Sequence record: NZ_CP102943.1
Reading direction: 5' to 3' (one strand)
DNA: 38,606 nt
Source: a plasmid
Shown here: positions 21,173 through 28,974 of the stretch, piece by piece
How the letters are laid out: each line of letters starts with the position of its first letter
How positions within the stretch are numbered: position 1 is the first letter of the stretch
Made by a program: the position numbers and the translations under genes
Notes under the pieces: model-generated
What the model was told of the DNA's origin: nothing
What the model saw: the letters and a program-made list of their open reading frames with translations, nothing else
Database searches by the model: none

Positions 21173-21270
21173 GAGGCATAACGGGGAGGGGGGGAGCAAA
21201 GTCACATTGTGTGACAATTTACCGGCCAACGGCCTATCCTGCAATAGCCCCCTCCCCCTCCCTATGCCTC
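21173..21270. other. Candidate oriT: imperfect 25-bp inverted repeats flanking GTCACAttgTGTGAC and an RP4-like nick core CCTATCCTGC
   Basis: Left arm GAGGCATAACGGGGAGGGGGGGAGC and right arm GCAATAGCCCCCTCCCCCTCCCTATGCCTC. Core YATCCTG|C at about 21233-21242. Immediately upstream of mobC. Confidence 0.6.
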
Positions 21271-21462
21271 GGTGAATCTGGCATTTGCGGGTCTGGGGAC
21301 AATCCGCGAGTGCGGATTGGGGCTATTCGCGGTCGGCGGCGGCAGCTGGGTTGCCCTTGGGCAACGCTTCTAAGCTGACCCGCTGCCCTGCTCTAGGCGC
21401 GGCTAGTCGTCCGATGGGCGAAGCCCGAGAAGACTCGCCCGCGCTACCGGCCAGGACTAGAA

Positions 21463-21482
21463 CCCTTAGTCATGACTAAGGG
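21463..21482. promoter_or_regulatory. Perfect 20-bp palindrome CCCTTAGTCATGACTAAGGG (candidate KorB/ParB operator or parS)
   Basis: Perfect palindrome with TTAG...CTAA ends like RP4 OB (TTTAGCSGCTAAA). A near-copy TTTGTCATGACTAAGG lies at about 22453-22468 inside parB. Confidence 0.55.
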
Positions 21483-21630
21483 TGCGAAGGGCAAAAGCTG
21501 TGGCCGGTGGTGGGGGGTCGTGACTGGATGCGGGACGCGCCGGAGACTTGATGAAGGCGCTCAACGGTTCACTGTGCGGGTGGAGCGCGCTCCTTCCAGT
21601 CGCTGGTTTCCGCAGCGGCTGTGCCGCTGC

Positions 21631-22092
21631 CTAGTCGGCTGAGTCCTGCGACGTACACGCGAGGGCATCCAACTTGTCGCCGATGGCGATTCCGGTGCGT
21701 GCGAATTCCCCGGCTGGGAGTTCCAACGCATATCTGGCGGGGGCACCGGAGAAGTAATAGACGGGCAGGGCGCTGCCGGGAGCGTCTACGGACATGGCCT
21801 GTATGTCAAAAACCGTGCCGAGGTCATCGATAAAGGCCACGTCCAACGGAGCGGGGGTGTCCTTCATCCAGAAGACGCGCGGCTCGGCGTCGGTCCATAC
21901 GAACAACAGCTTACCCGTCTTGCCGCTCAACCCCTTGGCTTGCTCGGCCACTGTGCGAGCAACAGCCGCCTCCACTACTGCGCCAGTGGAGAAAGAGACT
22001 CGGCAAGTTTCGGAAGCCAGGACGGGTAGAGGGGTCAAACAGAGTAGGGCAGTGATAAACACTGCCCTACGTCGGCCGAGGCCGTGTGTCAC
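21631..22092 (-). CDS. DUF192-family secreted protein
   Basis: FWMKDTPAPLDVAFIDDLG...YALELPAGE matches DUF192. Probable GTG start overlaps the parB stop (GTGA). Signal peptide present. An alternative ATG lies at 22125. Confidence 0.65.
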   Translation of the reverse strand: MTHGLGRRRAVFITALLCLTPLPVLASETCRVSFSTGAVVEAAVARTVAEQAKGLSGKTGKLLFVWTDAEPRVFWMKDTPAPLDVAFIDDLGTVFDIQAMSVDAPGSALPVYYFSGAPARYALELPAGEFARTGIAIGDKLDALACTSQDSAD

Positions 22093-23231
22093 TTGTCCGC
22101 GTCCTTCAACAGATGGATTCGGCATTCGTCGGCGGGGACCTCGGCGTCACCGCCCCCGTCCTCGTACCTGATGCGGATCAGTCCGGCGTCAGTCGGTCGG
22201 CGATTCAACAGAACGGCCGCAACGCGGTTGTTGTGCGAGATCAGCAGAAGCGGCTTCTTCATGCTGTCCGGATCAGAGACCGCTTTCCCACGCGGCCAGC
22301 TGGTCAGCTCGCCGGTGTCCACATCGCTACCGCCGTCAGCACCGCCGGCACTACTCGGCTTGCGGGAGCCCTGGCCGTTGTCGGGGGTCGATCCGTCGCC
22401 CTTGGCTGACTGTCCACCGGGCTCGCCACCGCCGGTACCCCCTTCGTTTCCTTTGTCATGACTAAGGATCTGAGTCGGGTCCGCACTGCCCGCTTTGGGA
22501 TCGACCGTATTGGTAGCGTCGCCGTGTCCCTTGATGGGAGTAACACGGGTCGTTCCCTTCAAGCGGTCGCCGAGTTCCAGCACCGACTTCCGAGTAACGT
22601 CGTCTTCGCCCTCACACCACGCATCCACCTCGGCGGGGAACTTCTCATGCAGAGACCGAAGTTCGTACAAGGTCTTGGGTGAGGTGCAGCGGCCGGAGCG
22701 ATAGATCGTTTCGATGCTGGCCGGCGCATCGACCAACGACAGCAGTTCGGTGATCGTGCTGGCAGGGCGGGCAAGACGGCGAGCTACTTCGGCCTTCTTC
22801 ATGCCGGCATTCTCGATCTTGTCCCTGATGAACATGGCGAGTTCCATCGGCTTGAGGTTGTCTCGTGCCTCATTCTCAATGACCTGATCGAAGTCATCGC
22901 TAGTGTCATCGATGAAGGCCGGGATGGTGGTCATGCCGGCCCGGATCGATCCCCGGTAACGTCGGGCGCCCCAGTTGAGCAACCACTTGCCGGCCTTCTC
23001 CGGGTGAGGCCGCACCGACACCGGCTGGCGCACACCACGGAGACGGATGCTGGCCTCCATTTCGGCCATCTTCTCTTCGGTGAATTCCTTGCGCGGCTGA
23101 TTGGGATCTTCCTCGATCTCGGTAATCGCCAGCTGCAACGGCTTACCGTCGGAAACCGGGACAGGCGGCGCAGCGGGCGCGGTCGGACCGAGCGGGGACG
23201 CCTTCTTGAGATTGGACAGATCAAGAGCCAT
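22089..23231 (-). CDS. korB: KorB/ParB-family partition and global repressor protein
   Basis: Strong similarity to RP4 KorB: EDPNQPRKEF..., GARRYRGS, IPAFIDD...DQVIENEARD, and C-terminal LLNRRP...IRYEDGG. Confidence 0.85.
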   Translation of the reverse strand: MALDLSNLKKASPLGPTAPAAPPVPVSDGKPLQLAITEIEEDPNQPRKEFTEEKMAEMEASIRLRGVRQPVSVRPHPEKAGKWLLNWGARRYRGSIRAGMTTIPAFIDDTSDDFDQVIENEARDNLKPMELAMFIRDKIENAGMKKAEVARRLARPASTITELLSLVDAPASIETIYRSGRCTSPKTLYELRSLHEKFPAEVDAWCEGEDDVTRKSVLELGDRLKGTTRVTPIKGHGDATNTVDPKAGSADPTQILSHDKGNEGGTGGGEPGGQSAKGDGSTPDNGQGSRKPSSAGGADGGSDVDTGELTSWPRGKAVSDPDSMKKPLLLISHNNRVAAVLLNRRPTDAGLIRIRYEDGGGDAEVPADECRIHLLKDADK

Positions 23232-24034
23232 TAGGCCACCTCCATGATGGATGCCAGCTTGTCAAATACCGGCTTCATTTCAAGCCATGCGGTTCGGCCC
23301 GAGGTCTTGGGATGCTTCCACACGGGTACGCCCGCTGCCTGGGCTTCGGCAATGGCAGTGGTCTTCTTGATCGCAGCGAATCCCTTGGCTTCGGGGGCCA
23401 TGGAAATGAGCAATTCAGGGAAGTGGGTCGCGAGGTCGTGGAAGTTGCCCTTCTGGAACGGCGTGGGTTCCACAAGATTGGGCAAAATGCCAATCAGTTT
23501 CAGATTCGGGTTGACGGATGCTTGGATGTTGTGGATGCCGAGAACGGGATGATTCAACAGGTCGCCGATGCCATCGATAGCTTCCTGGTTCAGCTGAATC
23601 GGTGACAAGACGTAATCCGCCGTGCACAGCGCGCTCAACTGGCGAATGTCTGGGTTCGGGTTGGTGTCGATAAGGCACACATCAAACCGATCGCTTACCG
23701 ATGCCAGGAAAGCATGAAAGTAGTTCACGTACTTGTTGTGTTCTGCATCCCCCTGCTTCTCCATCAGGATCAGATCCGGATGACCTTCGATCAAGACGAA
23801 TTCAGCGTCCTCAATGACAGGCGGGGTAGGGGTGGTGAGCAGGTGAATACTATTCACAGCAGAGACGGTCGCCATGCCGCTGAGGCGGATTGCCTTGCTG
23901 CTGTTCCGCTGGTGATCGAAGTCAACCACCAAGACGCGCAGTTTCCGAATGCCAGCGAGGTGATACGCCTGCTGCGAAAGAACTGCTGACTTGCCTACGC
24001 CGCCCTTCTGATTCGCATATACAACAGTCTTCAT
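23231..24034 (-). CDS. incC: ParA/IncC partition ATPase
   Basis: MKTVVYANQKGGVGKS deviant Walker A; 267 aa. Confidence 0.9.
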   Translation of the reverse strand: MKTVVYANQKGGVGKSAVLSQQAYHLAGIRKLRVLVVDFDHQRNSSKAIRLSGMATVSAVNSIHLLTTPTPPVIEDAEFVLIEGHPDLILMEKQGDAEHNKYVNYFHAFLASVSDRFDVCLIDTNPNPDIRQLSALCTADYVLSPIQLNQEAIDGIGDLLNHPVLGIHNIQASVNPNLKLIGILPNLVEPTPFQKGNFHDLATHFPELLISMAPEAKGFAAIKKTTAIAEAQAAGVPVWKHPKTSGRTAWLEMKPVFDKLASIMEVA

Positions 24035-24426
24035 GCCCGATTGCTCCTGAGAAATTTCTTGACCGTGCTGGCCGTGACGTCCACTCCCAACGACGCGAGA
24101 TAGGTCACAATCTGACCTGCTTCATACCCTTTGTCCCGAAGGGCTAGAACCTCGCGTGCGTAGGGTTCGATTGCTGCATTTGCTGCGAGAGGAGGCACCG
24201 AGGCCATGAAACTGTTCAGCCGGTGCGTCTCTACCTTCTTCAAGAACCTGCTGACCAATACCCTTGCCTGCTTAGCTGACATGTTGTTCGCTTCGCCGGC
24301 CTGTTTCGCTGAATGACCATCTACGAGAATGGATCTGACGGCCTGGATGTTGGCTTCTGACCATCTGCATTGCGCCTTGGCCACCTCGTCGAACTGAGCG
24401 GCATCCATTCGTGGTGTCGCGGTCAT
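24031..24426 (-). CDS. korA: KorA/TrfB-family transcriptional repressor
   Basis: AAQFDEVAKAQ...ILVDGHSAKQAGEANNMSAKQARVLVSRF aligns with RP4 KorA (QFQEAIQG...LVDGKPQATFA...). Start uncertain (24426 or 24408). The order korA-incC-korB is as in IncP. Confidence 0.7.
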   Translation of the reverse strand: MTATPRMDAAQFDEVAKAQCRWSEANIQAVRSILVDGHSAKQAGEANNMSAKQARVLVSRFLKKVETHRLNSFMASVPPLAANAAIEPYAREVLALRDKGYEAGQIVTYLASLGVDVTASTVKKFLRSNRA

Positions 24427-24461
24427 GTGGTAACAGCCATGATGGCCCCCGTGTGTGCTTC

Positions 24462-24482
24462 GGTGTTGCCAATGATAACACC
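24462..24482. promoter_or_regulatory. korA promoter region with inverted repeat GGTGTT-N9-AACACC over a -10-like TATCAT
   Basis: On the minus strand: TTGTTT, 18 bp, TATCAT, then the korA ATG about 35 bp further. Confidence 0.4.
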
Positions 24483-25026
24483 TAGAAAACAATGAAAACA
24501 ACACGCGGGCAACAAATAGATCCACGTATTTGCTTTAGATGAGCCATGAATTCCATTCTCGTTAAGCAAGAATTCATATGTTTTCTATTGCCGCTTGCCG
24601 CCAGTGGCCCTAGAACGCCCTGTAAGCGCGTACAAGGCGGGTTCGTAGGAAGTGCTACCTACCCCTAGCGAAGCGCTCAGTCCGGTCGTATGCGATGCTG
24701 TGGAGCGCCTGTAGGCACATAGCAACGCCATTGGAGCCTATCCACAGATTTCGCCGGTTATTTACAGGTATCTAGAGATAGAGGCAGAAAAGCAACTACA
24801 GGGGACGGCAGTTGCTCAGTCGAAAAGAACTTTAGAATCAAACTGTTGCGGCTGATTCTCTTTGCATCGACAAGACAACATCAGCGTAAAATTGCAAGAC
24901 AACATCAGCGCAGGCATTTGTGGGTAACCTCGCGAAGTCGTGTATTTTCAATGGCTTGCATTGATTCTTAGCGCAAGACTGTTTCAGCGTGGATAACACA
25001 GGAATCCCACAGGCTTACCCCCAATA

Positions 25027-25052
25027 GAAAACCCGGCTATCGCCGGGTTTTT
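25027..25052. terminator. Bidirectional rho-independent terminator
   Basis: AAAACCCGGCtatcGCCGGGTTTTT. Confidence 0.7.
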
Positions 25053-25054
25053 GG

Positions 25055-25249
25055 TCAGTGCAATACGGGTGGGGTGTACCTCGCCCGTGCTGCTGATCGT
25101 GCCAGTGCCCGCAGCTGGTCCGCCAGCATGTCCAGGGCGTACACCGCCGCGATCAGGTCATCTACCGGCACGTCACCGTCTTGACCCTGGCGGTCGAGTG
25201 CCGCGCGACCAGCTGCTATGGCTTCGTCAAAAAACTCTCTGCCGTCCAT
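25055..25249 (-). CDS. Small hypothetical protein
   Basis: 64 aa ORF overlapping the upstream gene; terminator immediately 3'. Confidence 0.3.
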   Translation of the reverse strand: MDGREFFDEAIAAGRAALDRQGQDGDVPVDDLIAAVYALDMLADQLRALARSAARARYTPPVLH

Positions 25250-25661
25250 GGGGAACCTCGGATGTGATGGGGCGTTTCAGGTATCGCGCGGCGGTCGCCA
25301 ATCCGTCGTGCGCATGGGCAATTCGGGTGGTATGCAGCATCAGCTGCTTCTTCAACGCCTCGTATTCCTTGGCCCGCTCAATGCCAGCCTGTGCTTCTTG
25401 GATGCGCTCGGGGTCACAACCAACATAGTCGCGACGGCGCTTCACGCCAGGGATCTGGGGATGCAGCAGGTAGAGGTAGCGTTCCACGCCGGCCGCGTCT
25501 TTGCGCCAATGCGGGGATGCGTAAACGAGGCCGGCTCTCTTGAGGACTTCCATGCGGTGCGCAATGGAATCAATGTCCACCTGAACCGCTGCGATGAGGT
25601 CAGGCAGTTCAAACGCGACGGCCTGCAACGTGGCGGTGGTCTTATGCTTCTTCGATTTCAT
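25227..25661 (-). CDS. Hypothetical protein
   Basis: 144 aa from MKSKKHK; GGAG about 12 nt upstream; no recognised motif. Confidence 0.45.
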   Translation of the reverse strand: MKSKKHKTTATLQAVAFELPDLIAAVQVDIDSIAHRMEVLKRAGLVYASPHWRKDAAGVERYLYLLHPQIPGVKRRRDYVGCDPERIQEAQAGIERAKEYEALKKQLMLHTTRIAHAHDGLATAARYLKRPITSEVPHGRQRVF

Positions 25662-25704
25662 TAACGTTGTGCTCCAAACAGCTGTGCGACGGCCCAAAGG
25701 GGAG

Positions 25705-25845
25705 TCACAAGCACCCCAGAGCAACCGTCGTGACCGCTGCGGCACAGGCCAGAAATTGCAGCCTGACTACGAACTTGGTAACGAAAAACACTGCTTTAGC
25801 GACTACCTGGCCCGCTTCCACAATCGTGTTGTCTATGAAGCCCAT
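25705..25845 (-). CDS. Putative small hydrophobic peptide (46 aa)
   Basis: Strong RBS AAGGGGG 6 nt before ATG; the rest of the listed 154-aa ORF runs through an AT-rich promoter-like sequence. Confidence 0.25.
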   Translation of the reverse strand: MGFIDNTIVEAGQVVAKAVFFVTKFVVRLQFLACAAAVTTVALGCL

Positions 25846-25916
25846 GATGACCCCCTTGTGGGTGCGTGCATCCATAACAATGAATGGCGGATGCCTATTT
25901 GGGTGTTGAGACACAG

Positions 25917-25935
25917 CCAATATATACCATATTGG
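25917..25935. promoter_or_regulatory. 19-bp operator-like motif copy e (CCAATATATACCATATTGG)
   Basis: Perfect 7-bp arms; in an AT-rich segment upstream of the minus-strand genes 25845/25661. Confidence 0.55.
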
Positions 25936-26357
25936 TTCGCGCGTGTCACCAATTACGGCAATATTTTTCTGTGTTTTTTCAACGCCCGGCTCCTTATCGG
26001 CCATGGCCGCGTATTCATTCCGGGGTATGGCTCGCGCTCTAGACCAAAGCAGTAGCCAAATCGCGAGAACGCATGTGGCACAAGGGGTCGGAGCCATCGT
26101 TGGTGACGCGAATGGGGTTTCGTTGGCGACGTGAGTCGCCAAAAACGGGCCGATTGCGACGCAAGACAATTTCAGCGTGCTGGGTCAGCGTCGGCGGCGG
26201 CGAAGCCGCTGCGGAAACCAGCGACTGGAAGGAGCGCGCTCCACCCGCGCAGTCAGTAGCGAATTGCCGGTGCGGATCTTCTGCACGCCCTGGTGAACAG
26301 CCCACCCCCACCACCGCCAACCCCGGCCTTTGCTTGGTGCTGGCGCGGCTGCTCTTA

Positions 26358-26601
26358 GGCTGCGGCTTCTTGCTCCGGCATGGCGCGCTGTCCACATATC
26401 CACGATCCGCGAAGGGGCTCTACGTGGCACCCGCAGCAGGGTTGTGGGTATGTGGGCAGTCGCGTGCTACTGCTGTTGCTCTCGTCCTGGGCTGCGGCTT
26501 CTTGCCTTGGCATGGCGCGCTGTCCACATATCCACGATCCGCGAAGGGGCTCTACGTGGCACCCGCAGCAGGATTGTGGGTATGTGGGCAGTCGCGTGCT
26601 T
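26358..26601. repeat. Two tandem copies of a roughly 131-bp repeat, each with an internal inverted repeat and DnaA-box-like sequences
   Basis: Copy 1 at about 26358-26470 and copy 2 at about 26489-26601, over 95% identical. Each unit has TGTCCACATATCCACGATCC and GTTGTGGGTATGTGGGCAGTC. Directly 3' of rep. Confidence 0.8.
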
Positions 26602-26605
26602 GCCA

Positions 26606-26637
26606 CGAAAAAGCCCGGCGCTGGGCCGGGCTTTTGT
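26606..26637. terminator. Bidirectional rho-independent terminator 3' of rep
   Basis: GAAAAAGCCCGGCgctggGCCGGGCTTTTGTG. Confidence 0.75.
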
Positions 26638-26657
26638 GCGTTCTGTTGGATAGTGGG

Positions 26658-27734
26658 TCAGAAAGGAAGTGCCCGCTGCGTAGGCAGCTTAGGTACGTGC
26701 GTGGGGCTGGGGTACAGGATCAAGCCGGTGTCGCAGGTTGATAGTTTCGCTTCGGTGTAGATGGTGGCCACGTGCTTGAGTTCGCGAAGGAAGGCTCGCT
26801 TAAAGTCGCGCACGCCTTGTTCGTTACGGGCGTAGCCTGCACCGAACTGTGCGGCCAGGGAGAACCACGGTACGACGGTTCGGCGCGACAGATAGCTCAT
26901 GCGATGCGTCAGCCACACATAAATATCCAGCGCCATTGGCGAGTGGCGGAGCGCCTTCATAGCCATCATGTTGACCGGGACGGGGTGGTCAATGCACTCA
27001 TTGAAGAACGGCTTGGACAATTCCAACGTCGAGCGCCATTGTCCAGCTTGCTCCTTGTTCTGTGGCTCCCACCAGTGGACCCCATCGGCCAGCTGCACGT
27101 TGCGCAACGCCCACTCATCGACACCCTGGTACTGGCACGTAATGATGGCGCTGAACAACGTCGTCATCGCGTGCTTCAGGCGCGTAATGTCGCCTCGCTT
27201 GCCGCCCGTGTTTTTCAACCCGAGTGCGCGCAGGTAATCGGCGAGTGTATCCCCTACGAACAACGTCGATTCCCTGGTACGAACTGCTTCGGAGCAAACC
27301 CACGTCAGCAGCAGGCGGGGCAGTGTGCCGTAAGGGAGGCCATCAGGGTGCGCCGTGAGCATGGTGAGGGTGAAGTCACCATTCTTGCGGACAAAACGGT
27401 ACTCATCGACAACCCGACGATGAGGCAGGGTGGCAATAGCGAGGGCTCTCGTCATGTAACCGATAGAGCCGGATGCCTTGGCATCGCTGGCCTCAATCGC
27501 GAGGTGCGCGCTGATGAGGTCTTTGACGCGGCTGGGAAGTTCCTCATACCGGTAGTCATAGACCGGGCGGAAAGCAACCTCCTTCGCACGCTTGCCGGCC
27601 GGCTGGATCTCGCCCTGTTCCGAGTCTGGGCCGCTCATGGCGCTCAGATCGACGGCTGTACGCCGGCGGCTAGTGGATGCGCCGGCCCGTTTACTGGCGG
27701 TTCGGCGCGGTGTGGTAGCATCGGTATCAGTCAT
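26658..27734 (-). CDS. repA: Plasmid replication initiator protein (RepA-type, RepA_C-like)
   Basis: PMALDIYVWLTHRMSYL...VPW..LAAQFGAGY matches the C-terminal signature of plasmid RepA initiators; ATG at 27734 (alternative TTG at 27749). Confidence 0.7.
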   Translation of the reverse strand: MTDTDATTPRRTASKRAGASTSRRRTAVDLSAMSGPDSEQGEIQPAGKRAKEVAFRPVYDYRYEELPSRVKDLISAHLAIEASDAKASGSIGYMTRALAIATLPHRRVVDEYRFVRKNGDFTLTMLTAHPDGLPYGTLPRLLLTWVCSEAVRTRESTLFVGDTLADYLRALGLKNTGGKRGDITRLKHAMTTLFSAIITCQYQGVDEWALRNVQLADGVHWWEPQNKEQAGQWRSTLELSKPFFNECIDHPVPVNMMAMKALRHSPMALDIYVWLTHRMSYLSRRTVVPWFSLAAQFGAGYARNEQGVRDFKRAFLRELKHVATIYTEAKLSTCDTGLILYPSPTHVPKLPTQRALPF

Positions 27735-27763
27735 CGTTGCCTGTCCCAAATTGGTAATGATGC

Positions 27764-27800
27764 AAAGCCGGCAGATTGCCCGATCTGTCGGCTTTTCTAT
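27764..27800. terminator. Hairpin terminator between the RHH gene and rep
   Basis: AAAGCCGGCAGATtgcccgATCTGTCGGCTTTTCTATTTC. Confidence 0.55.
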
Positions 27801-27802
27801 TT

Positions 27803-28018
27803 CTACTGACGTGCGGGCGCATCCTGCTGCCGGTCCGACTGCGCCATGTAACCGGCCTGGGCTTGTCGCATAAGCTCCAACTCTCGGTTCTCCACGTAAT
27901 GACGCACCAAGCGGCGTACTACGTGGGACGCCTTCAAATCTTCCGAGGCAGCAGCAGCGTAGAACCGGGCCAACAACTCCGCGTCCATCCGCGTTTGCAG
28001 GAATTTCTCTTTGCTCAC
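27803..28018 (-). CDS. Small ribbon-helix-helix (Arc/CopG-like) DNA-binding protein
   Basis: 71 aa; pattern KFLQTRMDAELLARFYAAAA...VVRRLVRHYVE fits beta-alpha-alpha; GTG start with GAGG RBS. Confidence 0.5.
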   Translation of the reverse strand: MSKEKFLQTRMDAELLARFYAAAASEDLKASHVVRRLVRHYVENRELELMRQAQAGYMAQSDRQQDAPARQ

Positions 28019-28264
28019 ATAGACCTCAGAGGTGGAGGCGCATCAGGACCGTCCCGATGCCGCCGTGTGACAACGTATTGCAATTGTATTGACAATGCAA
28101 GTCCGCAAATCGACCGTTTTGCGGAGCGCTTTGACCGGGACGATGGCATGCTCATACAGCCGTCCAGAAAGCCGTCCGTTTTTCATCGTCCGTATTCGGG
28201 GCCGAAACACGGCAATCCGAACAAATGGCCGGCTTTCCGACGAACGGTAGCCCATAGGTACCCG

Positions 28265-28312
28265 CTCTGTAATTTGTTGTAGTATGCTACACGCTACAAC
28301 ATACTACAGAGG
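28265..28312. promoter_or_regulatory. Nested palindromes in the kfrA promoter (candidate kfrA autoregulatory operator)
   Basis: CTCTGTA...TACAGAG, TGTAGTATG...CATACTACA and GTTGTAG...CTACAAC, just upstream of the kfrA RBS. Confidence 0.5.
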
Positions 28313-28322
28313 GGTAAGCGCC

Positions 28323-28955
28323 ATGGCTATTTCTCGGGACCAGATCTGGGCGGCAGCTGACGAGCTGGATAGAGCCGGTCACAAGCCCACCCTCAATGCC
28401 GTCCGCAAGGCGATAGGGGGCGGGAGTTTCACCACCATCCAAGAGGGTTTGGCGGAGTGGAAGGCGAAGCGAGCTGCGCAGGCATCGCCGACGCGTGAGC
28501 CGCCGCCGGCAGTGCTGGGCGAGCGCGTGAGCGAGGTGGCGACTGATATTTGGGCGATGGCTATGGATCTGGCATCGGCACGCCTGGGTGCAGACCGCGA
28601 GGCATTGGAGCGGGAACGTGTGGATCTGGATGCTGCACGGCTTGAGGCGGCCGAGGCGGCTGACGAGCTGACCAAGGAGCTGGACGGGGCGCGAGTTCGG
28701 ATCTCCGAGCTTGAGCGTGCCCTTGCTGAGGCACAGGCTGAATCGGCCGGCCGGCTGAAAGAACTAGCCGTGTCGGATGCAAGGTTCACGGACGTGACTG
28801 TGCAGCTGGCCGCAGAGCGCAGTGCGGCCAATGAGGCACGGGCCACTGCTGTTGCGGCGCGTGAGGCGCTTGCGGCCTCTGAGGGCGGCGCGGCCGTACT
28901 CAAGGAGCAGTTGCGCGACGCACTGGCGAAATTGGAGCCGAAGAAGACGCGGTGA
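28323..28955 (+). CDS. kfrA: KfrA-family protein (N-terminal DNA-binding domain plus Ala/Glu-rich coiled coil)
   Basis: MAISRDQIWAAADELDRAGHKPTLNAVRKAIGGGSFTTIQEGLAEWK matches the KfrA_N signature; long coiled-coil tail. Confidence 0.75.
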   Translation: MAISRDQIWAAADELDRAGHKPTLNAVRKAIGGGSFTTIQEGLAEWKAKRAAQASPTREPPPAVLGERVSEVATDIWAMAMDLASARLGADREALERERVDLDAARLEAAEAADELTKELDGARVRISELERALAEAQAESAGRLKELAVSDARFTDVTVQLAAERSAANEARATAVAAREALAASEGGAAVLKEQLRDALAKLEPKKTR

Positions 28956-28974
28956 CCGCTGCGGGAGCTAGCTT

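Noticed and set aside
26330-26760. ORFs 26330..26653 +, 26380..26760 + and 26355..26606 - across the 131-bp tandem repeats
   Set aside because: Products contain internally duplicated peptides that mirror the DNA repeat; no RBS; lie in the rep 3' non-coding region
27776-28282. ORF 27776..28282 + (168 aa) and 28043..28255 - (70 aa) in the RHH/kfrA intergenic area
   Set aside because: They overlap the better-supported RHH gene and promoter palindromes; no RBS; the 28019-28322 region looks regulatory (palindromes TTGCAATTGTATTGACAATGCAA and CCGCAAAtcgaccgTTTTGCGG)
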